From contig NC_069000.1 in assembly GCF_001194135.2 (NCBI RefSeq), forward strand, positions 36,344,700 to 36,377,133: a stretch of 32,434 bases of DNA, given 5' to 3'. The DNA is from Octopus bimaculoides. Its lineage: Eukaryota. A program made the position numbers and the translations under genes. This document shows positions 21,800 to 32,434 of the stretch, in pieces. The notes beneath the pieces are model-generated. The model searched no databases. It was not told where the DNA came from and saw only the letters and a list, made by a program, of their open reading frames with translations. Positions within the stretch are counted from its first letter, which is position 1; each line of letters starts with the position of its first letter.

Positions 21800-22644
21800 T
21801 GAGGTGATATCAAAAGGCTCCTGGACTAGTTATATTTTGTAAAAAATGACTTATTTACCTAAGTTTTTACATCATCTCCTTCAAAATAGTCACTTTGTGC
21901 AGCAATACACTGGTCCTAGCGTTCTTGCCACTTTTGGAATCTGGCCTTGAAGTCGTTTTCCGTAAGTGAGTCAAGGACCTTCTGCGATTTGTTCTGGATC
22001 TTGACAACTGTGTTAAAATGGCAAGCTTTGAGCTGTATCTTTATTTTGGGGAAGACATTGCAGTCCACAGGTGCTAAATCTGGTGAATATGGCAGGTGCA
22101 GAAGCGATACTATATTTTTGGCGAGAAACTCATGAGTGAGGAAAGCTCGTGACAGGGGTGCATTGTCATTGTGAAGAATCTAATTCTTTGCTCTCCACAG
22201 ATCCGGTAGCTTTTGCTGAATATCCTCCCTCAAATGCTTCAAAACGTCACAGTAGAACTCTCAGTAGTCTGGCCCTGGGGGACGAATTCTCTGCACAATA
22301 CCACGTTTCTGGGGTGGACGCTCGTGGCAGGTTTTCCAGATTGCTCATCGCCTTCCTGGGATATTCTTCTGCTTTTGAAGCATCTGTGCCACTTGACCCA
22401 TTGCCTCGTTGCCGTAAGCTTGCCAAAGCATGCTCAGTGTCTCTGTCTATGACAAAATTGCAGATCACAACATGCAATTGATCACAAAAACATAAATTTC
22501 ACAACTTGCAAAGTAAGCACAGTGATTTCATTTGACACACTGCCTTATGAAGGTCACTGCTAGCTCTTACTCCAGATGCAACTGTTTGCTGCCATCTGTT
22601 GGCATGCTACAGAACTATTCCAGGAACTTTTAGATACCACTTTG
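21800..22644 (-). mobile_element. Decayed, internally deleted mariner (Tc1/mariner) transposon
   Basis: TIRs (TA)TGAGGTGATATCAAAAGGCTCCTGGACTA and TTCCAGGAACTTTTAGATACCACTTTG. Minus-strand translation gives LPYSPDLAPVD..FPKIKIQLK...QKVLDSLTENDFKARFQKWQER*DQCIAAQSDYFEGD, with stops and frameshifts. Confidence 0.9.
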
Positions 22645-22685
22645 TGTGTGTATGTATGTATGTATATATATATATATATATGTGT

Positions 22686-22916
22686 TATTTCTTTACTACC
22701 CACAAGGGGCTACACACAGAGGGGACAAACAAGGACAGACAAACGGATTAAGTCGATTACATCGACCCCAGTGCGTAACTGGTACTTATTTAATCGACCC
22801 CGAAAGGATGAAAGGCAAAGTTGACCTCGGCGGAATTTAAACTCAGAACGTAGCGGCAGACGAAATACCGCTAAGCATTTCGCCCGGCATGCTAACGTTT
22901 CTGCCAGCTCGCCGCC
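22686..22916 (-). mobile_element. SINE family B (tRNA-like head), full length, apparently young
   Basis: Minus strand reads GGCGGCGAGCTGGCAGAAACGTTAGC...GAGTTTAAATTCCGCCGAGGTCAACTTTGCCTTTCATCCTTTCGGGGTCG; CpGs intact; homologous to 205-359 and 6001-6170. Confidence 0.85.
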
Positions 22917-22921
22917 GTATG

Positions 22922-22965
<44 letters not shown>

Positions 22966-23206
22966 GGTGTTTCTGTGTGTTTTTGTGTATAAGGTATTTT
23001 CAAACATCTAAATAGGATCAATCTTACCTGATTTTGTGCACATTTTAACTAAGTGGACCAACTGGTATTGAACTAAACCGTCTAATAATGAGTGACAAAC
23101 ACTACAGACTGCATTGATTTATGGAGATGATATATTAAACTAACCTGATTTGTAGACCAGATTTGCAATGTGACTTTTCTTCTAATGCTTATTAATTCTT
23201 TTCTAG

Positions 23207-23320
23207 TTACTTATGCACCATATTCGAGATTGCTTACCAGAATTGAAAACCAGGGTTAATGTCCTAATTGCTCAGTTCCAGAGTTTATTGAATTCATTCG
23301 GAGAACCAGTGGAAGATAAA
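23207..23320 (+). CDS. DNM1L: Drp1 exon, 114 nt, phase 0 to 0: [38 protein letters not shown]
   Basis: TTTTCTAG acceptor, GTAAGG donor. [16 protein letters not shown] is the Drp1 bundle-signalling-element helix. Confidence 0.97.
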
Positions 23321-23374
23321 GTAAGGACACGGAATTCTTTATGAAAATATCGCTTCATTCAATATCTCTATCAT

Positions 23375-23685
23375 TTCTTTTACTTGTTTCACTTGTTGGA
23401 TTGCAGCCATGCTGGAGCACAGCCTTGTAGGGTTTTAGTGGAAGGGATTGCCCCCCCCCCCCCACCACTCCAATACTTCATTTTAAAATCTGGTACATAT
23501 TTCTGTTGGTCTCTTTTGCTGAATCACTAATATATGGGGACATAAACAAACCAGTACCAGTTGTCAAGTGGTGTGGTGGGGACACACTGTATATGCATAT
23601 ACATGACAAGCTTCCACACAGTTTCTATCAAATTCACTCACAAGACATTGGTGGCATGGGGGCTATAGGTAGAAGACGCTTAGAT
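23375..23685 (-). mobile_element. SINE family A, diverged
   Basis: Tail TTTACTTGTTTCA...GCCATGCTGGAGCAC and body are recognisable. Confidence 0.7.
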
Positions 23686-24475
23686 TAAATAAAAGGCTAA
23701 GCAGCTAATTGTAGTTGATGTAATTGACTATTTCCTCCACATAAACTTTGTCCTTGTACACCATCATTCATTTATCATCCTGGCATGGGTTGGATGGTTT
23801 GACAAGAGCTGGTGAACCAGAAGACTGCAATTAACTCTCAATGTCTGCTTTGATGCAGTTTTTACGGCTGGATGTTCTCCCTAACACCAACCATTTTACA
23901 GAATGTACTAAATGCTTTTGGCACTGGCACTAGTGAGGTGATGAAGTATCTTGCAAGACGAGACCCTTCAACTGAAGGATGTGTAGTTAGAAATCATTAT
24001 TTTTAAGATTGTGTATGTATTGTTATTTTTAATTATTCCTCATCATTTAACGTCCGTTTTTCCATGCTGGCATGGGTTGGACGGTTTGACAGAAACCAAC
24101 AAGTTGCAGGACTGCGTCAAGCTCCAGTGTTGTCTTTGGCATAAGTGGATGCCCTTCCTAACACCAACTACTTTACAGTGTGTACTGGGTGCTTTTTTCG
24201 TGTCACCGACACTAGTGAAGTCGTCATGTAGCCTGCAAGATATAAAAAGGAAAGGGAAAGAACTTCTACGACTAAGTGGAATTATTTGGGAGGAGAAAGT
24301 GGAGCGGGGTAGCTTGGGGTAGCTTTGTACTAGGTGTTGAAAGGCTAAAGTATGAATTAAAGTCAGATAGTATTTTTACCTCTATTTCATATGTATGTAT
24401 GTCTATATGTAATCGTACATATCTATGTTTATGAAGCATTTTCTGTCTTCAAATACGTTTTGTTGATCATTTTAG

Positions 24476-24567
24476 GGCCAATTACTACTGCAAATCATCA
24501 CCAGGTTTGCTTCTGCTTATTGTAATACAATTGAAGGGACAGCTAAAAATATTGAAACCACAGAATT
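24476..24567 (+). CDS. DNM1L: Drp1 exon, 92 nt, phase 0 to 2: [30 protein letters not shown](L)
   Basis: TTTTAG acceptor, GTAAGT donor. [17 protein letters not shown] matches the start of the Drp1 stalk. Confidence 0.96.
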
Positions 24568-24869
24568 GTAAGTTGGATTTTTGAAAAGAAAAAAAATGTC
24601 TTATAGAAAATATATCGTGTTTATATTTGCAAGATGTTAATCCATGCTCAGCTGTGTTCACCACTTGCTGCATTTCCCTCTAACTCCATTTCTGTCCATG
24701 TGCTACTCTCCATCACATTTCTATGAACTTCTTACCAACTCATACCGCTTCTCTTATATTCATCTTCTTGTGGCTTGAGGTTGTGCTCTGACGCACCTTC
24801 ACCCTATCTTTATTTTCCAACTGGGATAATCATATATCTTTCTAGAGTATGACTCCTGTTCCTCTCTCT

Positions 24870-25127
24870 TTTACTCTTTTACTTGTTTCAGTCATTTGAC
24901 TGCGGCCATGCTGGAGCACCGCCTTTAGTCGAGAAAATCGACCCCAGGACTTATTCTTTGGAAGCCTAGTACTTATACTATCGGTCTCTTTTGCCAAACC
25001 GCTAAGTTACGGGGACGTAAACNNNNNNNNNNNNNNNNNNNNNNNNNNNNNNNNNNNNNNNNNNNNNNNNNNNNNNNNNNNNNNNNNNNNNNNNNNNNNN
25101 NNNNNNNNNNNNNNNNNNNNNNNNNNN

Positions 25128-25175
<48 letters not shown>

Positions 25176-25349
25176 GCACACATATATACGACGGGCTTCT
25201 TTCAGTTTCCATCTACCAAATCCACTCACAAGGCTTTGGTCGACCCGAGGCTATAGTAGAAGACACTTGCCCAAGGTGCCACGCAGTGGGACTGAACCCA
25301 GGACCATGTGGTTGGTAAGCAAGCTACTTACCACACAGCCACTCCTGCG
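24870..25349 (-). mobile_element. SINE family A, full length, spanning a small N gap
   Basis: Close to consensus on both sides of the gap, with CpGs intact. Confidence 0.9.
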
Positions 25350-25894
25350 CCTCTGTCTATCATACTTCAACCTCTCTACACCTGGCATAGAGCTGCTACC
25401 TCCGTTAACCCAGGTTAACCCTATCGAAATTTTGAAGATAGTTATAGAAATAGGGATAATGAACATACAGATGCACCCAGTTAACCTTTATTGCAGTAAC
25501 TAAACCAAATACAATGGTTAAATACATACAAGTACTATTTTGCTTTCAGTTAACCTTTATTGCAGTAGATAAACGAAATACAAAATGTCCTCAAACGAGG
25601 ACAGTGTGTTAAAATGGGTTAATACTACTCTCCACCCAGTTGAGCAGGACCTTGTCTTGTGAGTTACTTGGTAACTTCTCATTTAAAACAAAACATCCAA
25701 GTACTCTTTATAAAGTGGTTAGCATTAGGAGGGGCGTCCAACAGTAGAAACCATACTAAAGTAGGCTTGGAGTTTGCAGCAGTCCTCTAGCTCACCTCGT
25801 ATTGAACCATCCATTCTAGTGTAAAAAAACATACAGTAAATGGTGATGATGATGATGATAGTTTCTCTTCGAACCTTATTGTAGTTGGAATCTT

Positions 25895-26168
25895 ATCATC
25901 ATCATTTAATGTCCAGTTTTCCACACTGGCATAGGTCGGATGGTTTGGCCAGAGCTGGCAGGCCAGGGAGCTGCACCAGATTCCAGTCTGATTTGACATG
26001 GTTTCTATGACTGGATATCCTTCCTAACACTAACCACATTAAAGTGTGCTGAGTGCTTTTTATGTGACACCAGCACAGGTCTCTTGCAGGCCAATATTCT
26101 TCACCAGGAGATGCAGTCTTAATACTTCTGCCGTGGAGGACGGGTCTTTTTGAGTACAGCAAGGCGCC
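25895..26168 (-). mobile_element. Family C copy. Others lie at about 7586-7720, 16718-16873(+), 21630-21795, 23762-23965, 24040-24240, 25705-25858(+), 28395-28452(+), 28843-29110, 29398-29700 and 32011-32070
   Basis: Shared CATCATTTAAYGTC..TTTCCATGCTGGCATGGGTTGGA and GGATGCCCTTCCTAAC motifs. Confidence 0.75.
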
Positions 26169-26587
26169 TTTCAAATTTATATTACCTTTATCAAATCATT
26201 TTCAAAGTAAGAGATGTGAACTATCTTACATGATTTCTGTCTGTAAGTCCTAACCTCTGTTAAAAGATGATCTGGGAACAAGAGGTCTTATATTATCAGT
26301 GTGACGATTAGACGCAGCTGTCATGCTAAGGGAAGTAACTCAGTAGTGTGGTTGATGGTGCTGGCTGTGACAACATTGAGGGTGATAATGGTAAATATTG
26401 AGAGATGAAAGTATTGTGTTGGTTAAAGATACAAGGTAAAAAAAAAAAAAACTAAAACGAAACTAATGACTCAACATAGATGTATAATCATGTATAATGG
26501 TGTGGAGCGTTCGCGCACACACACACACGCTGTATTTTTTAACATATGCAAGTTTTTTTTGTTGTATTAATAACAATTGGTCGTATA

Positions 26588-27485
26588 TGAGGTGGTATCA
26601 AAACATTCTTGGACTAGTTCTGTAGCCAACGGATGGCAGTACACAGTTGCATGTACAGTGAGAGCTAGCAGTGATTTTCACGAGGCAGTGTGCTGAGTTA
26701 TGTCACGGTGTTTACTTCAGGCATTGTGAAATTTGTGTTTTTGTGATCACGTGTATGCTGTTGGCTCCAACTTCCTATCTATGACAAAAATGGCAGACAA
26801 GAGCCAATCTAAAATTCTGTATTAAACTTGGGAAGTCTGCTACAGAAAGATTGAGCATGCTTCAGCAAGCTTATGACAACCAGGTGATGGATCGATCATA
26901 CACAACGTTTCAAGTGGCATGGTCTCACAATGGCTCCACAGCTCAGTGAAGAGCATGCTTGTCCTTTTTTTTTTTTTCAGCATCCGTGGTATTGTGCATA
27001 GAGAATTCGTCTCCCCAGGGTTAGACCATTAGTCAAGAGTTCATCTGCAATGTTTTGAAGCATTTGAGGGAGGACATTCGGTTAATGGTGACCAGATCTG
27101 TGGGGCACAGTGAGTTGGATTCTTCGCGACATTTGCACTCGGTCACTAAACTTGCCTCATGTAGGAGTTTCTCACCAAAAACAACATAATATCGCTTCTG
27201 CATCCACCCTATTCACCAGATTTAGCATCTGCTGAATTCCGTCTCTTCCTCAAGATGAAAATGCAGCTCAAAGGATGCTGTTTTAACAAGATCAAGAGCG
27301 AATCGCAGAAGGTCCTTGACTCACAGAGAACAACTTCCAGGATACATTCCAAATGTGGCATGACACTGGGACCAATGTATTGCTGTGCAAGGTGACTATT
27401 TCAAAAGAGATGATGTTAAAACTTAGGTAATTAAGTTATTTTTTATTAAATGTAATTAGTCTGGGAACTTTTTGATGCCACCCTG
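26588..27485 (+). mobile_element. Second decayed mariner of the same family, opposite orientation
   Basis: TA-flanked TIRs TGAGGTGGTATCAAAACATTCTTGGACTA and TAGTCTGGGAACTTTTTGATGCCACCCTG-TA. Peptide remnants include RANLKFCIKLGKSATE, RGIVH and HPPYSPDLASAEF.LFLKMKMQLKG. Aligns by eye along most of the first copy. Confidence 0.9.
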
Positions 27486-28455
27486 TAAACTACTCTCTGC
27501 ATGATATGCATATACAAGATCATTTAACTTTTAATGTATCTGCATTTTATTTGTTTGCCAGAAATTTTCTCTTCAAGTTAAGAATGCACGTTAGAAATGC
27601 ATGCACATTATATACTGCAAAATATTGTGTGCACGTGTGTGTGTGTAAATACTTCCATGTATGTCTTCATTGTTGAGTTTCTGTTTCTATGCTGGCATGG
27701 GTTGGACGTTATGACAGGATCCAATGAGCCATGAAGTTGACAACAGGGAAGTAAGAGAGAAGTAGCTTGAGGAGGAGGAGGAGGAGGAGGGGACAAGCAG
27801 CAACACAGGAGGTGTGGATAGCAGCAGTATCAAAATAGGAGAGGTGTTAAAGATGAGGTGTGGTGGGCCTAAGATGTAGCTCACTGGGGAGGGAGATATA
27901 ACTGGAGGTACAGGAATGGGAGTGGTCAGTAGTAAATAGTATGGGAAGAGATGACATTGGGAATGAGGCATGGGGTTTAAAAGGAAGTGGTTTCAGATGG
28001 AGGAGGAGGAGGTGACTGGTAGTGTAAAAGGGGTGGCAATGAAATGTGTGTTGATTCTGTTCTGAAATTATTGCAGCAGCTGAGAAGTGCCATAGGTAGA
28101 AGAGGGATGAAGGAATGGATGTTAGGAAGATGAGGTATGGGGGAATGCTTTATATGGGCAGATTAGGTGCAGGACCCAGTATATACAAGCATAAGCATAT
28201 TACTATTAGGATTTCATTTTTGCTGTGATGGACTGATTTTGAGCTGAGTGTGTCGCCAAACGTCTCAATGCTTTGTCATCTTCTGTGTGAGGGTCAACAT
28301 CTTGAGATCAGCTTTCACATCTTCCTGGATTCCTCTCTTTCACAACTTCCATCTGCTTTAAGTGATTGGGACTTCTCTCCTAAGACTACACATTCAGTGC
28401 TACCAAGTTGGACCCTTGCAAGCATGGGAAAGTGGATGTTAAATGATGATGATAG

Positions 28456-28740
<285 letters not shown>

Positions 28741-30391
28741 TAACTCTTTTGTTTCTTTAAATAGCAAACAACAGCCAAAACAGCATTAGCTATCATTAAA
28801 CTGAAACCATTTGAGTAACTTGGGCTATTGTGATAGCTTTTCATCATCATTACTTTTAACATTAATTTTCCATGCTGGCATGGATTGGATGATCCAACAG
28901 GAGCTGGTGAGTCAGGGCACTGCACCAAGTACCAATGTCTGCCCTGGCATGGTTTCTATAGTTGGATGCCCTTCTTAACATCAACCAATTTACGGTGTGT
29001 ACAGGGTGCTTTTTATGTGGCACCAGCTCCAGTGAGGTCACCTAGTAACTCCTAAAACAAAACCCCTTAATAAGGGAATGTAGTATTGAGGGAGGTGGCT
29101 TTATGCCAGATGATGAGTCTAAGCAAAAATATAGTACCGAGGACTTACTACTCCCACTACTCCTGCTCTTGAAGATTTCGCTGGATGGGGTACCAGTCCA
29201 TCACAAGTACCCAACTGGTATTATTACTCACTTCCAGTTAGGTGGACTGAAGAAGTGCAAAAGGAACTGCTCTGCTCAAGGACATGAAGCCTTCCTGTCA
29301 GGAAACTGAACCCACAAGTCACAACCATGAGCACAATACCTTAACGACTGGGCTAAGTGGATTATGGAGGGGGTTCCTTGAGGTATATAATATATCGTCA
29401 TTTAATGTCTGTTTTCAGTGCTGGCATGGGTTGGGTGGTTTGACCAGAACTGCCAAGCTCCAGTTTGATTTTAGTTTGGTTTCTATAACTGGATGCCCTT
29501 CCTAATGCCAGCCACTTTACAGAGTGTGCTAGGTTTTTTTGTATGGCACTGCACAAGTGCTTTTACATGGAACTGGCACAAGTGCTTTTTATGTGGCACC
29601 AGCACATGACTCTTGCAGACCAACCCTGTTCACCAAGAGGACTGGCCTTTACACTTTTGCTGTAGAGTACGGGTCTTCTTGAGTATAGCTAAGGCACCAG
29701 GCATATCTCATCTGGAAGGTTCAGCACCCTGAGGTTGGCCTTCAGTACTTCAAGGATATATGAATATATTTCAAGGATTCTCCAAGAATAAAAAGGTGGG
29801 GAAATACTAGTGTAGAGCATATAACTTTACAATAGAACAAAATTTCAAACAATAAATAGAACTTTAAAACCTTAATACATATAAGTGGGGTACATGTATA
29901 TATTCCATCGTTTTTAAATTACAGTCAATTGATTCTGTTTTAATATTGCTCATTTTGCCAAAGGTTTATTGCTTTATATGTGATGCTAATTTCATCAAAC
30001 ACTCTATTTTCTTTTTGTACTTTCTTACAATGGATTTTTTTGTTTGTTAAAGAAACTAATTTTATAACCTTTCCTGTCACTGACCATGCAATAAGGAAGG
30101 AAATAAGATGTAGAATCCTCTTTTATGGTAGTCAAATACACTGAATTATGCCCCTTAATCAACAGATTTGATCTCAATCTTGCAGCTGCTGTTCTTTTTA
30201 GCTCTGGTTGATAAGACCTAGGAGCAAATGAATTCTAGCTTCTTTGTGGTTTTTCAAATAGGGCACCGTTTTCTTTAGCAGGATGTGTGATAAATTTAAA
30301 GCTTTATAAAATTTATACTAATGCTTTAGCATCTTGTAAAGTGTTTTTAATTATAAATTTGCTATGGTATTTTTGATTCTTTAAGTGGGTT

Positions 30392-30693
30392 TAGTCGTTT
30401 GTCCGTGACCATGCTGGAGCACCACCTTAAAGGGTTTTTTTTTTTTTAGTTGGAGAAATTGATCCCAGGACATATTCCTTGTACGTCTAGTACTTATTCT
30501 ATAAGTCTCTTTTGCCGAACTGCTAAGTTACATGGATTGTAAACACCGTAACTTAGCGGTTCGACAAAAGTGACCAATAAAATAAGTATCAGGCTTACAA
30601 AGAATAAGACCTGGAGTCGATTTGCTCGACCAAAGGTGGTGCACTAGCATGGCCGCAGTCAAATGACTGAAACATGTAAAAGAGAGTAAAAGA
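30392..30693. mobile_element. Two SINE family A 3' fragments joined in inverted (fold-back) arrangement
   Basis: 30392-30546 is a minus-strand tail and 30547-30693 a plus-strand tail. Confidence 0.85.
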
Positions 30694-31112
30694 TTTATAT
30701 TACATCTCTATTGTAATGTGATATAGTTTCATTTATACTTGTAATTCTTAACTACAATTCAATGGAGTAGCAGTTATAAATAGTTTCAGTTTTATAAAGT
30801 TTCACTTATTCTCTAACTGCGTATAAATCGTTGGTTGTAATACTAGAAGTGGGTTGTTTTTCGAACATGCATAGGCACATTTTTTAAATATTTCTAGATT
30901 AAGAAAGTGAAATTTCAGAATAATGATGAAAGTGAAAAGCTTTAATAAAATAAAACTGCGTATGCATTGGGGAATTGAAACTGATTTATGAATACAAACT
31001 AACCATTCAACAAGCTGACACCATAATGCACTGTTGTGGTGCTGATGCCATGTATTAGACCCATCCTGGAATAACGATTCTGCAGGAGTGTCCCTGTGGT
31101 AAGAATTTTGCT

Positions 31113-31273
31113 AGGCACAGGAACGGTTGTGTGGTAAGAAACTTGCTTCCCAACCACATGGCTCCAGGTTCAGCCCCATTGTGTGGAACCTTGGGCAAGT
31201 GCCCTTGACTATAGCCTCGGGCTGACCAAAGCATTGTGAGTGGATTTGGTAGACGGAAGCTGAAAGAAGCCCA

Positions 31274-31319
<46 letters not shown>

Positions 31320-31532
31320 ATTCGTATTTGTGTCTGTGTTTGTCCCTCCACCATTGCTTGACAACTGATGTTTGTGTGTTTATGTCTCCGTCACTTATCG
31401 GTTCGGCAAAAAAGAGACTGAGGAAATAATTACTAGGCTTGTGAAGAATAAGTCCTGGGGGCGATTTGTTCGACTAAAGGTGGTGCTCCAGCATGGCCAC
31501 AGTCAAATGACTGAACCAAGTAAAAGAATGAA
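31113..31532 (+). mobile_element. SINE family A, full length, preceded by a short duplicated head (about 31083-31110)
   Basis: Head, (CA)n, body and tail present. Confidence 0.85.
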
Positions 31533-31659
31533 AGAATAGATAATTTTATTGCAATATCAGGAGGAAAGACACAGAAAAGAGAAAATAAAATGTCTACATT
31601 TTAATCAGGAATAGGGAATCCAACTTGGTCTGTGTGTGTGTGTGTATTGATACAAGCAT

Positions 31660-32010
31660 GTCTGAGTGGTTAAGAAGCTTTCTTTGCAACTATGTGAGTT
31701 TGTGTTCAATCCCCCTGTGTGGTACCCATGTGTCTTCTACTTCAGCTCCAGACTGACCAATGCCTTGTAAGTGAATTTCGTAAATGGAAACTGTAGATGC
31801 TTGTGGTATGTGTGTTTGTCCTCCTCACTGTTCAATAACTGGTGTTGGTTTGTTTACATCCCTGTAACTTAGCTGTTTGGAAAAGGAGACCAATGGAATA
31901 AGTCCCAGACTCTAAAAAATGAAAGTACTGGGTTGGTTTGTTGGACTAAAACCCTCCAAGGTAGTGCCCTAGCTTGGCTGTAGTTCAATGACTGAACTGT
32001 AAAAGATATA
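31660..32010 (+). mobile_element. SINE family A, old diverged copy
   Basis: Recognisable head, body and tail with many substitutions. Confidence 0.7.
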
Positions 32011-32074
32011 TCATCATCATCATAATATAATCATTTAACATCTGTTTTCCATGTTGGCATGGGCTGGACTAGTC

Positions 32075-32224
32075 ATGGGTGTGTAGTAAGAAGCTTACTT
32101 CCCAATCACATGGTTTTGGGTTCAGTCCCACTGTGTGGCACATTCGGCAAGTGCTTCTACTATAGCTTTGGGCTGACCAAAGCCTTGCGAATGGATTTGG
32201 TAGATAGAAACTGAAAGAAGCCCG

Positions 32225-32286
<62 letters not shown>

Positions 32287-32434
32287 GTGTGTGTGGGTGT
32301 TTGTGTGTCTGTTTGTCCCCCCAACATCGCTTGACAACCGATGCTGGTATGTTTACGTCCCTGTAACTTAGCGGTTCGGCAAAAGTGACCGATAGAATAA
32401 GTACTAGGCTTACAAAGAATAAGTCCTGGGGCCG
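32075..32434 (+). mobile_element. SINE family A, runs off the window end
   Basis: Head, (TG)n(TA)n and body match family A. Confidence 0.85.

Noticed and set aside
25478-25583. Direct repeat of about 37 bp at 69-bp spacing (CAGTTAACCTTTATTGCAGTA...)
   Set aside because: Only two units, so not CRISPR-like; an ordinary local duplication.

Overview
Eukaryotic, AT-rich, gapped draft-assembly sequence. The repeat families suggest a cephalopod, most likely Octopus (inference, not searched). The window holds eight internal coding exons of one plus-strand gene, the mitochondrial/peroxisomal fission GTPase Drp1 (DNM1L): 6378-6525, 8504-8625, 17233-17482, 19314-19462, 20825-20929, 23207-23320, 24476-24567 and 28611-28731. 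All have AG/GT boundaries and compatible phases, and they join into an open 1101-nt (367-codon) frame covering most of the GTPase domain and the start of the stalk. I did not find the first exon or the exons after ...AIRNAT in the window. The introns are packed with at least four tRNA-derived or SINE-like families, decayed DNA transposons (two mariners, two Tigger/pogo derivatives, hAT- and piggyBac-type MITEs), microsatellites and five N gaps. Most ORF-track entries are microsatellite, SINE or gap artefacts. I see no clearly new biological system. The best leads are: (i) genomic codons that differ from the conserved Drp1 residue but would be restored by a single A-to-I edit; (ii) intronic inverted repeats able to form dsRNA in the pre-mRNA, namely an inverted mariner pair bracketing two exons and a ~300-nt fold-back SINE hairpin; (iii) half of a possible minimal hammerhead ribozyme cut off by a gap; and (iv) an unclassified inverted-repeat element.
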